Made by a program: the position numbers and the translations under genes. Source: a virus (lineage: Duplodnaviria > Caudoviricetes). From it: DNA of 34,174 nt. Shown here one piece after another: positions 14,933 through 24,313 of the stretch (the stretch's first letter is position 1; each line of letters begins with the position of its first letter). Location of the stretch: IMG/VR virus record IMGVR_UViG_3300033076_000503, positions 1 through 34,174 of that record, one strand, 5' to 3'. The notes beneath the pieces were generated by a model. The model searched no databases. It worked only from the letters and a program-made list of their open reading frames with translations, and was not told where the DNA came from.

Positions 14933-17046
14933 GCGACACCTACATGGACCAAGACGAAGAAGAGGTCGAAGACCCCAACGACGAAAGACTCAGGAAGGTT
15001 CACGCCGAGGCTATTAAGCGCTTCGACGCTATCCAGTCCGCTGTTTATGACGAGAGGATGCTTTGTCTGTCTGATCGTCGCTTTGTTTCTATTGCCGGTG
15101 CCCAATGGGAGGGCGCGCTCCAACAGCAGTTTGAGAACAAGCCAAGGATGGAGGTCAATAAGACTCTTCTTGGTGTCATGCGGATCATCAACGAGAAGCG
15201 AAACAACCCTGTAACCGTCGAGTATCTCCCGAAAGACGACGATGATGCCGATAGAGCTGATTTCATCAACGGCCTATTCCGGGCTGACGAACAAGATTCC
15301 AACGCAGAAGAAGCCTACAACAACGCATTCGAAGAGGCTGTCACAGGCGGCTTTGGGGCGTGGCGTCTGCGAGCTGACTACGAGGACAAGGAGTCAGAGG
15401 ATAACGACTACCAGCGTGTGTATATTGAGCCAATCTATGATGCGGACTCCTGCGTATTCTTTGACCTGTCATCCCAGAGACAAGACAAGTCAGATGCTAA
15501 GTTTGCGTTTGTGCTTGTAGCCAAGACCCACGAGGATTTTATAGAAGAGTGGGGCGAAGACCCCACTACATTCGACAAATCCATCACGCAGTGCTATTTC
15601 GACTGGACCACAGACAACCAAGTTTATGTCGCCGAATACTACGTCGTTGAAGAAGTCAAAGAAATGGTTCAGGTGTGGCGCGATGTGCTTGGTGAAGACG
15701 TTAAATACTACAAGGCTGATTTTGCCAACGACCCTGGGCTTGCTGATAGGCTAGCAGCCACTGGCAATGTGTTTGTTCGCAAGAAAGCAACTGTCCGAAG
15801 CAAGGTTCATAAGTACCTTCTGAGTGGCCAATCCGTGCTCGAAGACTGCGGATATATTGCCGGAACGCAGATCCCGATTATCCCCGTCTATGGGCGAAGG
15901 TTTGTCATTGACGGCGTTGAGCGATGCGTGGGGCATGTCCGCCCTGGCAAAGATCCGCAAAGAATCCTCAACGTTGAAGTATCCAAGATGGTTGAGCTAG
16001 CGGCTACGTCATCGCCGAGAATCCCGGTTTTGATGCCAGAGCAGATTGCCGGGCACGAGGATGCATGGAACCGAAGGAATATTGACTTGCCTGGGTACCT
16101 TTTACTGAATACCATTACTGACGCTCAAGGGAACACGCTTCCTGCTGGTCCCGTGGCACATATCGAGCCACCGGAAATCCCGCAGGCGTGGGCTGCACTC
16201 ATTCAGATCGCCAATCAAGACATCGAACAGATCCTAGGCAATCGGCAGAACACTGATAAGATCGTATCCAACGTCAGCGAAGAGACTGTCATGGCTACGC
16301 AGTCGTCAGTCGACATGCAGACCTACACGTTTATTTCCAACTTCGCTCTCGCTATGAAGCGAAGCGGAGAAGTCTATATCCCCATCGCTAAGGAAGTCTA
16401 CGTCGACAAGGGGCGAAAGGTTAAGACTGTCGCTAAAGATGGTAAAACGACATTGGCTGTCATTAAGTCCCCTATTATGGGACCGGATGGCGTTACGACT
16501 GACAATGACCTTTCTAAGGGCTCATTTGATGTCATTACCGACGTCGGGCCATCATCTAAGAGTCGGCGCGATGCCACGGTTAAGAAGCTCATGAAGATGA
16601 TTGCCACTCCTGGGATGGACCCACAGACCATGCAAATGCTGCAATACCTCATTCTCATGAATACCGAGGGCGAAGGCATTCAAGACGCCAGAGACTATGC
16701 GCGAAAGAACCTGGTCAAGAGTGGTGTGCTCAAGCCAACGGACGAGGAAGCTAAGGCAATGCAGCTTGAGGCTAAGATTCCCAATCCCAATGACGAGCTA
16801 CTCAAAGCTGCTGCCAATGAGGCGAATGCCAACGCTCAGAGGGCTCAGGCCGATGTGGTCAAGACCATGGCCGAGATTGAACAGATCAATGCCAAGACTA
16901 TCGAGACGCTTGCCACTGTTGAGGCCAAGACGAATGGGATGGCTATTCAGTTGGCGGAGCTAGCGGGCTATTTGATGCCCAAGGGGTCGCCCGGCCAAGA
17001 GCCGCGGCCACTACCGCCCAACACAGAGATTCCACAGTTGCCATAA
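14929..17046 (+). CDS. Portal protein, P22-like
   Basis: 705 aa; F...AGAQW, RNNPVTV, GGFGAWR, IPIIPVYG, G.VR..KDPQR..N, FDVITDVGPS..SRR; C-terminal helical region; position after terL. Confidence 0.95.
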   Translation: MSDTYMDQDEEEVEDPNDERLRKVHAEAIKRFDAIQSAVYDERMLCLSDRRFVSIAGAQWEGALQQQFENKPRMEVNKTLLGVMRIINEKRNNPVTVEYLPKDDDDADRADFINGLFRADEQDSNAEEAYNNAFEEAVTGGFGAWRLRADYEDKESEDNDYQRVYIEPIYDADSCVFFDLSSQRQDKSDAKFAFVLVAKTHEDFIEEWGEDPTTFDKSITQCYFDWTTDNQVYVAEYYVVEEVKEMVQVWRDVLGEDVKYYKADFANDPGLADRLAATGNVFVRKKATVRSKVHKYLLSGQSVLEDCGYIAGTQIPIIPVYGRRFVIDGVERCVGHVRPGKDPQRILNVEVSKMVELAATSSPRIPVLMPEQIAGHEDAWNRRNIDLPGYLLLNTITDAQGNTLPAGPVAHIEPPEIPQAWAALIQIANQDIEQILGNRQNTDKIVSNVSEETVMATQSSVDMQTYTFISNFALAMKRSGEVYIPIAKEVYVDKGRKVKTVAKDGKTTLAVIKSPIMGPDGVTTDNDLSKGSFDVITDVGPSSKSRRDATVKKLMKMIATPGMDPQTMQMLQYLILMNTEGEGIQDARDYARKNLVKSGVLKPTDEEAKAMQLEAKIPNPNDELLKAAANEANANAQRAQADVVKTMAEIEQINAKTIETLATVEAKTNGMAIQLAELAGYLMPKGSPGQEPRPLPPNTEIPQLP

Positions 17047-17055
17047 GGAGGCGCG

Positions 17056-17913
17056 ATGTCAGATCAAGCTGAAATGGAGTTCGAGGAACAAGTTGCCACT
17101 GAGCAGCCTGAGGCTGTGGTTGAACAGCAAGAACAGCCTGAGGTACAGCATGAGATAGCGGCTGTCAGCCTAGGCGACCCGGAGGAACCCAAGGAAGGCG
17201 AAGAGCCTACAGATAGGTCGCCAGGGCTAGTCAATAAGCTTAGGAAGCTTGCGCGAGAGAAGGATAAGGAGCTGCGGGAGCTGCGCGAAAAGCTCAAGGC
17301 TTCAACGCCCGCTCCCGTGCCGCAACTTGGCCCCAAGCCTCGATTCGAAGATAGTTATGATTCTGATAAGTTCGCCGCTGACCTTCTGGAATGGGAAGAT
17401 CGACGTCGGGCCATTGCTGCCGAAGAGGCTAAAGCCCAAGAGCAGCAGAGAGCCTTGGAAACAGACTACCAATCCAGGCTGTCTAGATATGAGGAATCCA
17501 AGGCGCTTCTGCCATTCGATGATTTCGATGTTGCCGAAGAAGCTGTCATGCAGTCTTTAAGCGAGACGCAGCGTGCATTGCTGATTAAGGCGGCTATTCA
17601 GCCGGATGTATTGGTCTATGGCCTTGGGAATAGTCCTGATAAACTCAAGACGCTAGCCGCGATCTCAGACCCCGTGGACTTCGTGCGAACATTAGCATGG
17701 CTAGAAGCAAAGGAGCTGAAAGTGGAGAAACGAACGGCTACAAGGACCGAGCCCGAGCGTGTGGTACGCGGCACAGCCCCGCTGACTGCGGTTAGTCTTG
17801 ACAAAAAGCTTCAGGCGTTGGAAGATGAAGCAGATAGGACCGGGGACAGGACTAAAGTCCTTGCCTATCGCAGAGAGCTTAAAGCCAGAGAGCGTCAAGC
17901 AGCTCTGCGCTGA
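17056..17913 (+). CDS. Scaffolding protein
   Basis: Acidic, coiled-coil; lies between portal and coat; C-terminal helix-loop-helix EADRTGDRTKVLAYRR resembles the P22 coat-binding domain. Confidence 0.85.
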   Translation: MSDQAEMEFEEQVATEQPEAVVEQQEQPEVQHEIAAVSLGDPEEPKEGEEPTDRSPGLVNKLRKLAREKDKELRELREKLKASTPAPVPQLGPKPRFEDSYDSDKFAADLLEWEDRRRAIAAEEAKAQEQQRALETDYQSRLSRYEESKALLPFDDFDVAEEAVMQSLSETQRALLIKAAIQPDVLVYGLGNSPDKLKTLAAISDPVDFVRTLAWLEAKELKVEKRTATRTEPERVVRGTAPLTAVSLDKKLQALEDEADRTGDRTKVLAYRRELKARERQAALR

Positions 17914-18043
17914 ACCTGGGTATCGCTAGCCCTAACTAGCAGTTGACCATGGTAGCCGTCCGACCGAAACCGGATGAGTTGGTATTTTGGCGTCCCGTTG
18001 GGTTCGCTAATCACGATTCATCACGTTTTCAGGAGGCCTACCG

Positions 18044-19318
18044 ATGGCCAACGCTTTTTCCAAAGAGGAAATTACCCTCTATGACCAGGTCCTAGAAGGA
18101 TTCCAGGACCAACTTGTCATTACTAAGCAAGTCAGTATTTACAACACTGACTCGACCACTATGGAGCGAGCTAACAACGTCATTTGGCGTGTTCAGCCCT
18201 ATATCGCTCAGTCGTTTTCTGGCATGGACCAGACCGCCAACTTTGTCGACAACACGCAATTGGCCGTGCCTGCTACCCTTGGGTTCTCGCGCTCCGTGCC
18301 GTGGTTCCTTGATGCCCAGCAGCTCCGGGATGCTTCACAGGAAGGCCAGCTTTCGAAGGCTGCCGCTCAGAAGCTTGCTTCGGACATTAACCTCGGCATG
18401 ACCAACCTGGCGATGCTTCAGGGTACCGCCGTTGTCAAGAGAACCGTTGCCGCCACCGGGTTCACCGATGTAGCGCTCGCTGACTCTATTTTCAATGAGC
18501 GTGGCGTACCGAATTATGACAGATCCATGGTTATCCCCACCCGTGACTATAACAACATGGCGGACAACCTTCAGGGTCTGTCGCGCTCGTTCGGAAACAA
18601 CAAGTCGGAGACTGCTTACGATAAGGCGCTGATTAACTCCGATGTTTCTGGGTTCGCTGTGTTCAAGGCTGACTACGGCGCTCGCCTTCAGGCTGCGGCT
18701 GGTAGCGGTATCACGATTTCGACCCTGGACGCTGGCAACCAGTATTACACGCCTAAGGCCACTTCCACCGCTACCACTGGTGAAACCAACAACGTTGACA
18801 ACCGCTATCAGCGCGTGACTGTCTCGAGCACCACCAACGTGGTAGCTGGCGATGCGTTCACCATTGCCAACGTTGACTCGGTGCATGCTATCACCAAGGC
18901 GGACACTGGCCAGCTCATGACTTTCCGTGTTATCTCGGTCGACTCGCCTACCACCATGACGATTTCGCCCCCGATTATCAGCAACCAGGTTCCTAACTCG
19001 GCTAGCACCCAATACCAGAACTGCGTCGTGACATCGAAATCCGGTACCGCCGCCCTCGTCTTTCTCAATACTGTGGCGACTGCCCCGACTGTGTTCTGGC
19101 AGAAAGATGCCCTCGAGCTTCTTCCCGGGCACTATGTTGTTCCTACGAGCGCTGGCGTAGCTACTATGAAGGCCAAGACTGACAACGGTATCGAAGTCAC
19201 TATGACCAAGTTCTACGACATCAACACCATGAAGACCAAATATCGTTTTGACGTTCTTTATGGTCTGGTCAACAAACAGCCTGGCATGTCTGGAATCATG
19301 CTGTTCAGCCAGTCGTAA
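18044..19318 (+). CDS. Major capsid protein (P22 gp5-like, with inserted beta domain)
   Basis: MANAFSKEE, AAAQKLASDIN, AGDAFTIANV, FWQKDALEL, YRFDVLYG; AGGAGG RBS. Confidence 0.95.
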   Translation: MANAFSKEEITLYDQVLEGFQDQLVITKQVSIYNTDSTTMERANNVIWRVQPYIAQSFSGMDQTANFVDNTQLAVPATLGFSRSVPWFLDAQQLRDASQEGQLSKAAAQKLASDINLGMTNLAMLQGTAVVKRTVAATGFTDVALADSIFNERGVPNYDRSMVIPTRDYNNMADNLQGLSRSFGNNKSETAYDKALINSDVSGFAVFKADYGARLQAAAGSGITISTLDAGNQYYTPKATSTATTGETNNVDNRYQRVTVSSTTNVVAGDAFTIANVDSVHAITKADTGQLMTFRVISVDSPTTMTISPPIISNQVPNSASTQYQNCVVTSKSGTAALVFLNTVATAPTVFWQKDALELLPGHYVVPTSAGVATMKAKTDNGIEVTMTKFYDINTMKTKYRFDVLYGLVNKQPGMSGIMLFSQS

Positions 19319-19323
19319 GCTGA

Positions 19324-19350
19324 CGGGGGCGCCTAGCGCTCCCGATTTCT
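19324..19350 (+). terminator. Hairpin after the coat gene (possible intrinsic terminator)
   Basis: CGGGGGCGC-CTA-GCGCTCCCG followed by ATTTCT. Confidence 0.55.
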
Positions 19351-19366
19351 ATTAAAGGAAAGAAAG

Positions 19367-19972
19367 ATGCAACTACAGATTAATCAGTTCGGCAACACCC
19401 AGATCACCTTGACCGCTGCCCAGTCGCTGGCTTTCGGAAGTCAGGGCACGTTCAACGTTTATCTGATCCAGTCGTACCCGAACCAACCCCTTGTGCGGAG
19501 TTCGTCACCCGTGGCGACTGTCACCAACGGTGTTAGCTCGTATGCTCCTGGCGCTGCCGTAACCCTGTTTCTCGAAGTGAGTTCTGGCGCCATTGGGTAC
19601 TACGATTATGGCGCACAGCCCTTTGTTCGTGATCTCGTCGGGAAGTTCCTTCAGCCTACCCCAGGAACGCTCAACGCTACCGGCACCCTGACCGCTGCTC
19701 TGATCGGAACAGGCATTGTCACCTCGACAACTGCCGCCGCCGTCACTGCTACCCTGGACACTGGCGCCGTTATGGATGCTGCTGGCGTATGGGCCATCGG
19801 CGATAGCTTCGAGTGGTCGGCAGTGAACACCGGAGGCGCTAACGCGTTTACCGTCACAGCATCCTCGAACCATACGATCACCGGAGCTGGTGCTGTTGCA
19901 GCGTCTTCGTCTGGGCGATTTAGCACCAGGAAGACTGCCGCGGGAACGTTCGTAACGACCAGACTTAGCTAA
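19367..19972 (+). CDS. Putative capsid decoration / virion structural protein
   Basis: Ala/Thr/Gly-rich beta protein directly after the coat gene. Confidence 0.7.
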   Translation: MQLQINQFGNTQITLTAAQSLAFGSQGTFNVYLIQSYPNQPLVRSSSPVATVTNGVSSYAPGAAVTLFLEVSSGAIGYYDYGAQPFVRDLVGKFLQPTPGTLNATGTLTAALIGTGIVTSTTAAAVTATLDTGAVMDAAGVWAIGDSFEWSAVNTGGANAFTVTASSNHTITGAGAVAASSSGRFSTRKTAAGTFVTTRLS

Positions 19973-19976
19973 TGAT

Positions 19977-20000
19977 GTGGGCTGGGGAGACTCAGCCCAC
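19977..20000 (+). other. GAGA-tetraloop hairpin (transcript stabiliser or terminator)
   Basis: GTGGGCTGGG-GAGA-CTCAGCCCAC; lacks a clear U tract. Confidence 0.5.
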
Positions 20001-20016
20001 AGTTATAGGAGAAAAC

Positions 20017-20226
20017 ATGCAGATTGAAGTTGTCTTGGATTTCCCGAGAACGATGTACAAAGTTCCAGGCCCTAAGAATGGAGCTGGGTTCCTCCCAGGC
20101 CTCACCTATGATGATCTCATCGTTGAGAGCGAGGATGCTGCCAAGGGCGCTCTGAAAGCTGGGTTCTTTTTGACTCCTAACGAGGCTGCCGAGGCTTACA
20201 AGAGTAAGCCCAAGGCTGGCGCGTGA
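20017..20226 (+). CDS. Small head-associated hypothetical protein (69 aa)
   Basis: AGGAG RBS before ATG 20017; FPRTMYKVPG...ALKAGFFLTPNEA. Confidence 0.75.
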   Translation: MQIEVVLDFPRTMYKVPGPKNGAGFLPGLTYDDLIVESEDAAKGALKAGFFLTPNEAAEAYKSKPKAGA

Positions 20227-20270
20227 TGAAAAAGAAAAGCGGCAAGAAAAAGGGCGGCAAGGGCTGTTGA
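20226..20270 (+). CDS. 14-aa basic micropeptide MKKKSGKKKGGKGC
   Basis: TGATG coupling upstream; stop 1 nt before the next ATG; fills the whole gap. Confidence 0.6.
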   Translation: MKKKSGKKKGGKGC

Positions 20271-20271
20271 T

Positions 20272-20763
20272 ATGGGATGGACTAAGCGCCAATTTGTGAC
20301 GGCAGCCTTTGAAGAGCTTGGCATGGCTGATTATGTTTTCGACCTCAGCCCCGAGGATCTTCAGGGAGCTGTCAGGCGCTTAGATTCTCTCATCGCCGAA
20401 TGGAGCGGCCTTGGGATCCAACTTGGGTACCCTCTAGCCGTCGATCCTGACAATGCCGACCTGGATTCCGGCACGCAAGTCCCGATTTCATCGAATACAG
20501 CAGTATTCCTGAATCTTGCGATCAGGATAGGCCCTAGCTACGGTAAGCCGATATCTGCTGACACGAGGCTAGCCGCCAAAAAGGCATATGACATTCTCTA
20601 CGCTCGCGCGTCGAGGCCGTCGATCATGCAATTACCAGGAAATACGCCTCTTGGCGCTGGGAATAAAATGTGGCGCGGCATTCCGCAGCCATTCGTCCTT
20701 CCGCCCTCCGATGCTAACATCGGCGAGCCATCAAACGGCATTGACTTGCCGCAAGGATTATAA
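20272..20763 (+). CDS. Head-to-tail adaptor (P22 gp4-like)
   Basis: TKRQFVTAAFEELG, RRLDSLIAEW, GIQLGY, NLAIRIGPSYG, PLGAGNK. Confidence 0.88.
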   Translation: MGWTKRQFVTAAFEELGMADYVFDLSPEDLQGAVRRLDSLIAEWSGLGIQLGYPLAVDPDNADLDSGTQVPISSNTAVFLNLAIRIGPSYGKPISADTRLAAKKAYDILYARASRPSIMQLPGNTPLGAGNKMWRGIPQPFVLPPSDANIGEPSNGIDLPQGL

Positions 20764-20764
20764 C

Positions 20765-21226
20765 ATGGCTGAACTAACGACCATCGATAGCGTTTCATCC
20801 GGCGATCTCGTTGTTGTGTGGAGTGGATCAAATAGCCCGCCTTATTACGGGGCGTCGATTAATACGATAGCTGAGGCCGTGGAGCCGCTGCTTACACAGC
20901 CAGGGCAATATACTACTCAGTATTCCGCACCAGCGGCGACTGGGTTTACGACAACGGTCACGGCTGGTTCGACTGGGCAGGATGATGTCAGGCTCATTAT
21001 TACGCCTGGCGGTGCGTATGCTAACGGCACAATCGTCCTTCCGTTGGCGTCAACATGCATCGATCATCAGAAACTGCTCGTAACATGCACCCAAGCCGTG
21101 ACAACGTTGGCGATTACGCTTAATGGTGCAGTAAGCGCGCCAGGGGCTCCGACGACATTGGCAGCTAATGCGTTCTTCATGCTCATGTTTGACCAACCAA
21201 CTCTCAACTGGTACCGGGTAGGATAA
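20765..21226 (+). CDS. Virion structural protein (153 aa)
   Basis: AAGGA RBS before ATG 20765; beta-rich; C-terminal WYRVG. Confidence 0.75.
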   Translation: MAELTTIDSVSSGDLVVVWSGSNSPPYYGASINTIAEAVEPLLTQPGQYTTQYSAPAATGFTTTVTAGSTGQDDVRLIITPGGAYANGTIVLPLASTCIDHQKLLVTCTQAVTTLAITLNGAVSAPGAPTTLAANAFFMLMFDQPTLNWYRVG

Positions 21227-21235
21227 GGAGTTATC

Positions 21236-21526
21236 ATGTTAATCAACCCATTCGTTCCTGGATCAACGCAAAACGTCAGCACAGGTGGAGCAAGCGCCGA
21301 GATTGCGTTGGCATCCGAGAATGACAGTGTTCGCATTGAAAATTACGGTACAAACCCATGCTACATCAAGCTTGGTTTCACCGGGGTCACAGCTACCACA
21401 AGTGACATGGTAGTCCGCGCTGGCAGCACTGCGTATTTCTACAAGGGCAACAAGACAGCACTGGCGCATCTCCAGATCACCGGGGCAACGACGCTTTCGA
21501 TTACGACTGGTACCGGTGGCTGTTAA
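21236..21526 (+). CDS. Small virion structural protein (96 aa)
   Basis: AAGGAG RBS; VRIEN.GTNPCYIKLG beta-sandwich pattern; TAATG coupling. Confidence 0.75.
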   Translation: MLINPFVPGSTQNVSTGGASAEIALASENDSVRIENYGTNPCYIKLGFTGVTATTSDMVVRAGSTAYFYKGNKTALAHLQITGATTLSITTGTGGC

Positions 21527-22929
21527 TGGCTTCGATCCCCATTCTCTCAGGAGTCTACACCTCTGAAGCTGGGGATTTTACCATCTCATACCCGGTCAAC
21601 CTCATCCCCATCCCGGTCGCTACCGGAATTAGTGGTGCTTACTTAAGGCCTGCGGACGGCATTGTCAGCCAAGGATCGGGCCCAGGCATAACAAGAGGTG
21701 CCATTAATTGGAACGGCGTCTGCTATAGGGTCATGGGTTCAAAACTGTGCTCCATTGACGCATCTGGCAATCTCACAATATTGGGCGACGTCGGTCTCGG
21801 CGGCCAGTGCGCGCTTGATTATTCCTTTGACAGGCTAGCTATATCGTCAAATGGGAACCTATTTTACTGGGATGGAACGTCATTAGCGCAGGTAACCGAC
21901 CCGGACCTTGGAACCGTGCTTGATGTTGTATGGGTCGACGGGTATTTCATGACAACCGATGGAGAAAACTTAGTTGTCACGGAATTGGCCGACCCGTTTT
22001 CCATCAACCCACTTAAATATGGGTCGTCCGAAGCAGACCCAGATCCTGTTATGGCAGTCCTGAAGCTCAGAAATGAGATCTTCGCTGTTAATAGGTACAC
22101 CACCGAGGTATTCAATGACGTTGGCGGCACAGGGTTCCCGTTTTCACGGAACCAGGGTGGTCAGATCCAACGGGGGGCCGTTGGGACATTCGCATGCTGT
22201 GTTTATTCAGAGGCTATTGCGTTTGTTGGCGGAGGGAGAAACGAAGCGCCTTCGGTTTATATCGCGCAGAACGGTGTCACGAATAAGGTAAGCACACGTG
22301 CCATCGATATCCTTCTATCAACATATTCCGAGCATGCCCTGTCTCTTATTGTCATGGAATCGAAGGTATCTGGGAACCTTAATCAACTTTGGATCAGGCT
22401 TCCCGACCGAACCATCGTCTTTGACATCGCGGCTACCGGGGCTGTCGGCGAGCCAGTGTGGTTTACTCTAACAAGTTCCATCGATGGTTTCGAACCCTAC
22501 AGAGCTAAGGATCTTGTATGGTGTTACGACAAATGGCTCCTTGGAGACGGCACTGACAGTGGTTACGGCGAACTTACCCAAACACTATCAACACAATGGG
22601 GCGTTTCTTATCGGTGGGAGTTTGGCACAGGGATCGCGTATAACCAGTCCATGGGCGCTATTTTCCATCGTTTGGAGCTTGTTGCGCTGACGGGAAGAAT
22701 TGCGCTTGGTGATGATCCTCAGATATCCACATCGTACTCGGAAGATGGCGAGACATGGAGTCAGGATAAGCTTGTCAGTGCCGGAAAGATTGGCAATAGG
22801 CAGAAAAGACTGGTCTGGTATAGGCAGGGGAAGATGCGAAACTGGCGCGTCCAGAGATTTAGAGGGGATGCTAAAGCGTTTCTATCGTTTGCTAGGCTTG
22901 AAGTCCAGGTGGAGCCGTTGGCGGTCTAA
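21526..22929 (+). CDS. Tail hub / DNA stabilisation protein (P22 gp10-like)
   Basis: PVNLIP...SGAYLRPADG, VWVDGYF, YGSSEADPD, SYSEDGETWS, RLVWYRQG. Confidence 0.92.
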   Translation: MASIPILSGVYTSEAGDFTISYPVNLIPIPVATGISGAYLRPADGIVSQGSGPGITRGAINWNGVCYRVMGSKLCSIDASGNLTILGDVGLGGQCALDYSFDRLAISSNGNLFYWDGTSLAQVTDPDLGTVLDVVWVDGYFMTTDGENLVVTELADPFSINPLKYGSSEADPDPVMAVLKLRNEIFAVNRYTTEVFNDVGGTGFPFSRNQGGQIQRGAVGTFACCVYSEAIAFVGGGRNEAPSVYIAQNGVTNKVSTRAIDILLSTYSEHALSLIVMESKVSGNLNQLWIRLPDRTIVFDIAATGAVGEPVWFTLTSSIDGFEPYRAKDLVWCYDKWLLGDGTDSGYGELTQTLSTQWGVSYRWEFGTGIAYNQSMGAIFHRLELVALTGRIALGDDPQISTSYSEDGETWSQDKLVSAGKIGNRQKRLVWYRQGKMRNWRVQRFRGDAKAFLSFARLEVQVEPLAV

Positions 22930-23814
22930 ATGGCGGGAACATTAATACCGACGCGCGACCAGCTTAAAAGATGGTGCTCAGATTCTCAGGGAACGGATGA
23001 GGACCTACTAAGGAAGATCGAACAGGTTTTCTTTGGGGTTGAACAGATACCAGGTCTTGAGGACGGTGTTGACAATAATACACTGGCCATTAGTACGTTA
23101 TCTGACCTTGTCAGGCCGATAACAATCGACCCCATTCAGCCGCTATCCGCGCAGATTTCGAGTAATACGACGTATACGCTCACTGGTGGCGAGGCTACCG
23201 AGGGCATGAAGACTGTTCTCATCCCATCGGCGTATCTCGTCGCGTCTGCCGGTGGCCCATTCACACTCACGATAACCACCGGGCTTGGAACTACTGAAAC
23301 TGTCACTATATCCGCTGCCGGATCGACCATTGTTAGCGGCGACCTTATTTTTAACATCCAAGTTGATGCTTCGGGCAATGTTAATGCCCAGTGGTTTGGG
23401 TACACGGTCCTCGACTCTCTCGGCGAGGGGATAATCTCAAACAATGGCAGAAGGTACCCATCACTTGTCGATGATTCGCGTGTGACAACGGGTACGACAG
23501 ATAGAACCGAGACTGTTAGAACCCTTGAAATAGGACAGACCGCGCTTATTAATTGGGCGTGTGGCGTTACTGGTGGCGTGGCCAGAACAATAACATTTGC
23601 ATTGCCGGATGTTCCTGCCACGGCTGATACTTACCAAGTATCGGGGTTAGCCCAGCAGGCCGCTACCAATACATTGACTACGGCTGCGGCGTTTCCGGCA
23701 TTCGTTACGTTCTCGTCATTTGGTGCATCTGCCGGGGGCGTAACATTGCCATTCGCTGGCATAGCCAGCGGTAACACTGCGTCTATTCATGGGTATGTAA
23801 AGAGGTTGAGTTAA
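22930..23814 (+). CDS. Tail-associated protein at the P22 gp26 (needle) position, with an extended beta-rich C-terminus
   Basis: Synteny; short N-terminal helical part followed by a Thr/Gly-rich region. Confidence 0.6.
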   Translation: MAGTLIPTRDQLKRWCSDSQGTDEDLLRKIEQVFFGVEQIPGLEDGVDNNTLAISTLSDLVRPITIDPIQPLSAQISSNTTYTLTGGEATEGMKTVLIPSAYLVASAGGPFTLTITTGLGTTETVTISAAGSTIVSGDLIFNIQVDASGNVNAQWFGYTVLDSLGEGIISNNGRRYPSLVDDSRVTTGTTDRTETVRTLEIGQTALINWACGVTGGVARTITFALPDVPATADTYQVSGLAQQAATNTLTTAAAFPAFVTFSSFGASAGGVTLPFAGIASGNTASIHGYVKRLS

Positions 23815-23834
23815 TGGCGATATCGTGTTATGAT
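23806..23834 (+). promoter_or_regulatory. Promoter TTGAGT-N17-TATGAT (extended -10) for the cupin/ejection genes
   Basis: Consensus spacing plus TG motif. Confidence 0.6.
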
Positions 23835-23887
23835 TCCTTTAGGCGCGTAGCGAGTTCCGCCGCTCAGTACCCCAATATGGAGGACAA

Positions 23888-24313
23888 ATGAGCACCGAAC
23901 TTGCGCCTTCTACTGAATTAGCGTTTAAAATAGAGCGCGAACTCCTCAAGATGCCACAAGCTGACCATAAGACGGAGCATGACTTTGTCGACGGTATTTA
24001 TGCTAGAACATTCAGCGTCCCTGCTGGCGTGCTACTGACCGGCGCTGTCCATAGGAATGAGTCGTTTTTTGTCGTGAGGTCAGGACTCTTTCTCGTCACA
24101 ACTGATAACGGCGATAAACTCGTTGGGCCTGGGCATATGATTGCAACAAGGCCAGGGACAAAGCGCATCCTATTTACGATGTCAGACACGGTCATCACCA
24201 CATTCCACGCCAATCCAACCAACGAGCGAGACCCGGAAGCTCTGTGGAAAATGTACACAGTCCCAGAGGATGACGTTGGTAGCCTTCTACTAGAATCCGA
24301 GGTGGCGCCATGA
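23888..24313 (+). CDS. Cupin-like protein
   Basis: HDFVDGIYARTFSVPAGVLLTGAVH...G...GTKR...TTFHAN double-stranded beta-helix pattern; GGAGG RBS. Confidence 0.75.
   Translation: MSTELAPSTELAFKIERELLKMPQADHKTEHDFVDGIYARTFSVPAGVLLTGAVHRNESFFVVRSGLFLVTTDNGDKLVGPGHMIATRPGTKRILFTMSDTVITTFHANPTNERDPEALWKMYTVPEDDVGSLLLESEVAP

Noticed and set aside
17960-17980. Hammerhead ribozyme core (CGAAAC...GGATGAG)
   Set aside because: CUGANGA is not intact and there is no room for stems I and III between the motifs
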